A stretch of DNA of 64,000 nucleotides from a virus (lineage: Duplodnaviria > Caudoviricetes): positions 96,001 through 160,000 of IMG/VR virus record IMGVR_UViG_3300047321_000298. One strand, given 5' to 3'. Positions 63,812-64,000 of the stretch are shown one piece after another; within the stretch, counting starts at the first letter, position 1, and each line of letters starts with the position of its first letter. Below the pieces are notes generated by a model. The model was given only the letters and a program-made list of their open reading frames with translations. It made no database searches and was not told the origin of the DNA. Both the position numbers and the translations under genes were made by a program.

Positions 63812-64000
63812 AAAAAGATGCATTCGGGGACCGCATGAAGCGGTACGAACTGGAAGATGCCGGACGCCGCTTGATGCCGCGTCTGCCGATCATGGCTCGG
63901 TTAGATGGTCGCGCGTTCCACTCCTTCACCCGTGGCCTGGAATACCCGTTCGACGCACGGTTCACCCACTGCATGATCGAGACGATGAAGTTCCTGGTTA
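63808..64000 (+). CDS. tRNA(His) guanylyltransferase Thg1-like, N-terminal part (runs off right edge)
   Basis: Translated by hand: GDRMKRYE...LMPRLPIMARLDGRAFHSFT...PFD. Confidence 0.85.
   Translation, partial: MKKDAFGDRMKRYELEDAGRRLMPRLPIMARLDGRAFHSFTRGLEYPFDARFTHCMIETMKFLV

Noticed and set aside
1-64000. Alternative genetic code or stop-codon recoding
   Set aside because: Long conserved genes (gyrB, gyrA, ligA, rtcB, nadV) are intact in the standard code and coding density is high.
1-64000. Prophage or bacterial chromosome
   Set aside because: No integrase, rRNA or host housekeeping operons; the architecture (small ORFs, phage promoter classes) fits a large lytic phage.

Overview
64 kb segment of a large, GC-rich, apparently lytic dsDNA (jumbo-type) phage genome. 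It has no host housekeeping genes, dense phage-like ORFs and probably a proteobacterial host (not determinable from the sequence). 1-6.5 kb is a minus-strand block: partial vWA protein, HTH protein, RyR-domain protein and SF2 helicase-like protein. From 7 kb almost everything is on the + strand. DNA metabolism (7-28 kb) includes an Mre11/SbcD-like nuclease, Nudix, DUF3310, a J-domain protein, type II topoisomerase B (with a mini-intein) and A subunits, two low-complexity charged proteins, an Acb1-like 2H protein, an HNH nuclease and a sigma-like factor. A tRNA-Ser(UGA)-like gene with a 58-nt insertion in its anticodon loop sits at 28.5 kb. An early-type region (29.7-41 kb, again at 49-52 kb) holds many small ORFs, most clusters driven by a repeated sigma70 promoter plus 5' stem-loop cassette. 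Further right are a TelA-vWA-DUF475/TerC-TerD cluster, RtcB plus a metallophosphoesterase, an NAD-dependent DNA ligase, an NMNAT-Nudix/NAMPT NAD salvage pair and a partial Thg1. A second dispersed motif, AGTAAATA (19 exact copies found by eye), looks like a T4-late-type promoter and is often followed by a stem-loop or terminator. All family assignments come from motifs recognised by eye, not from database searches.
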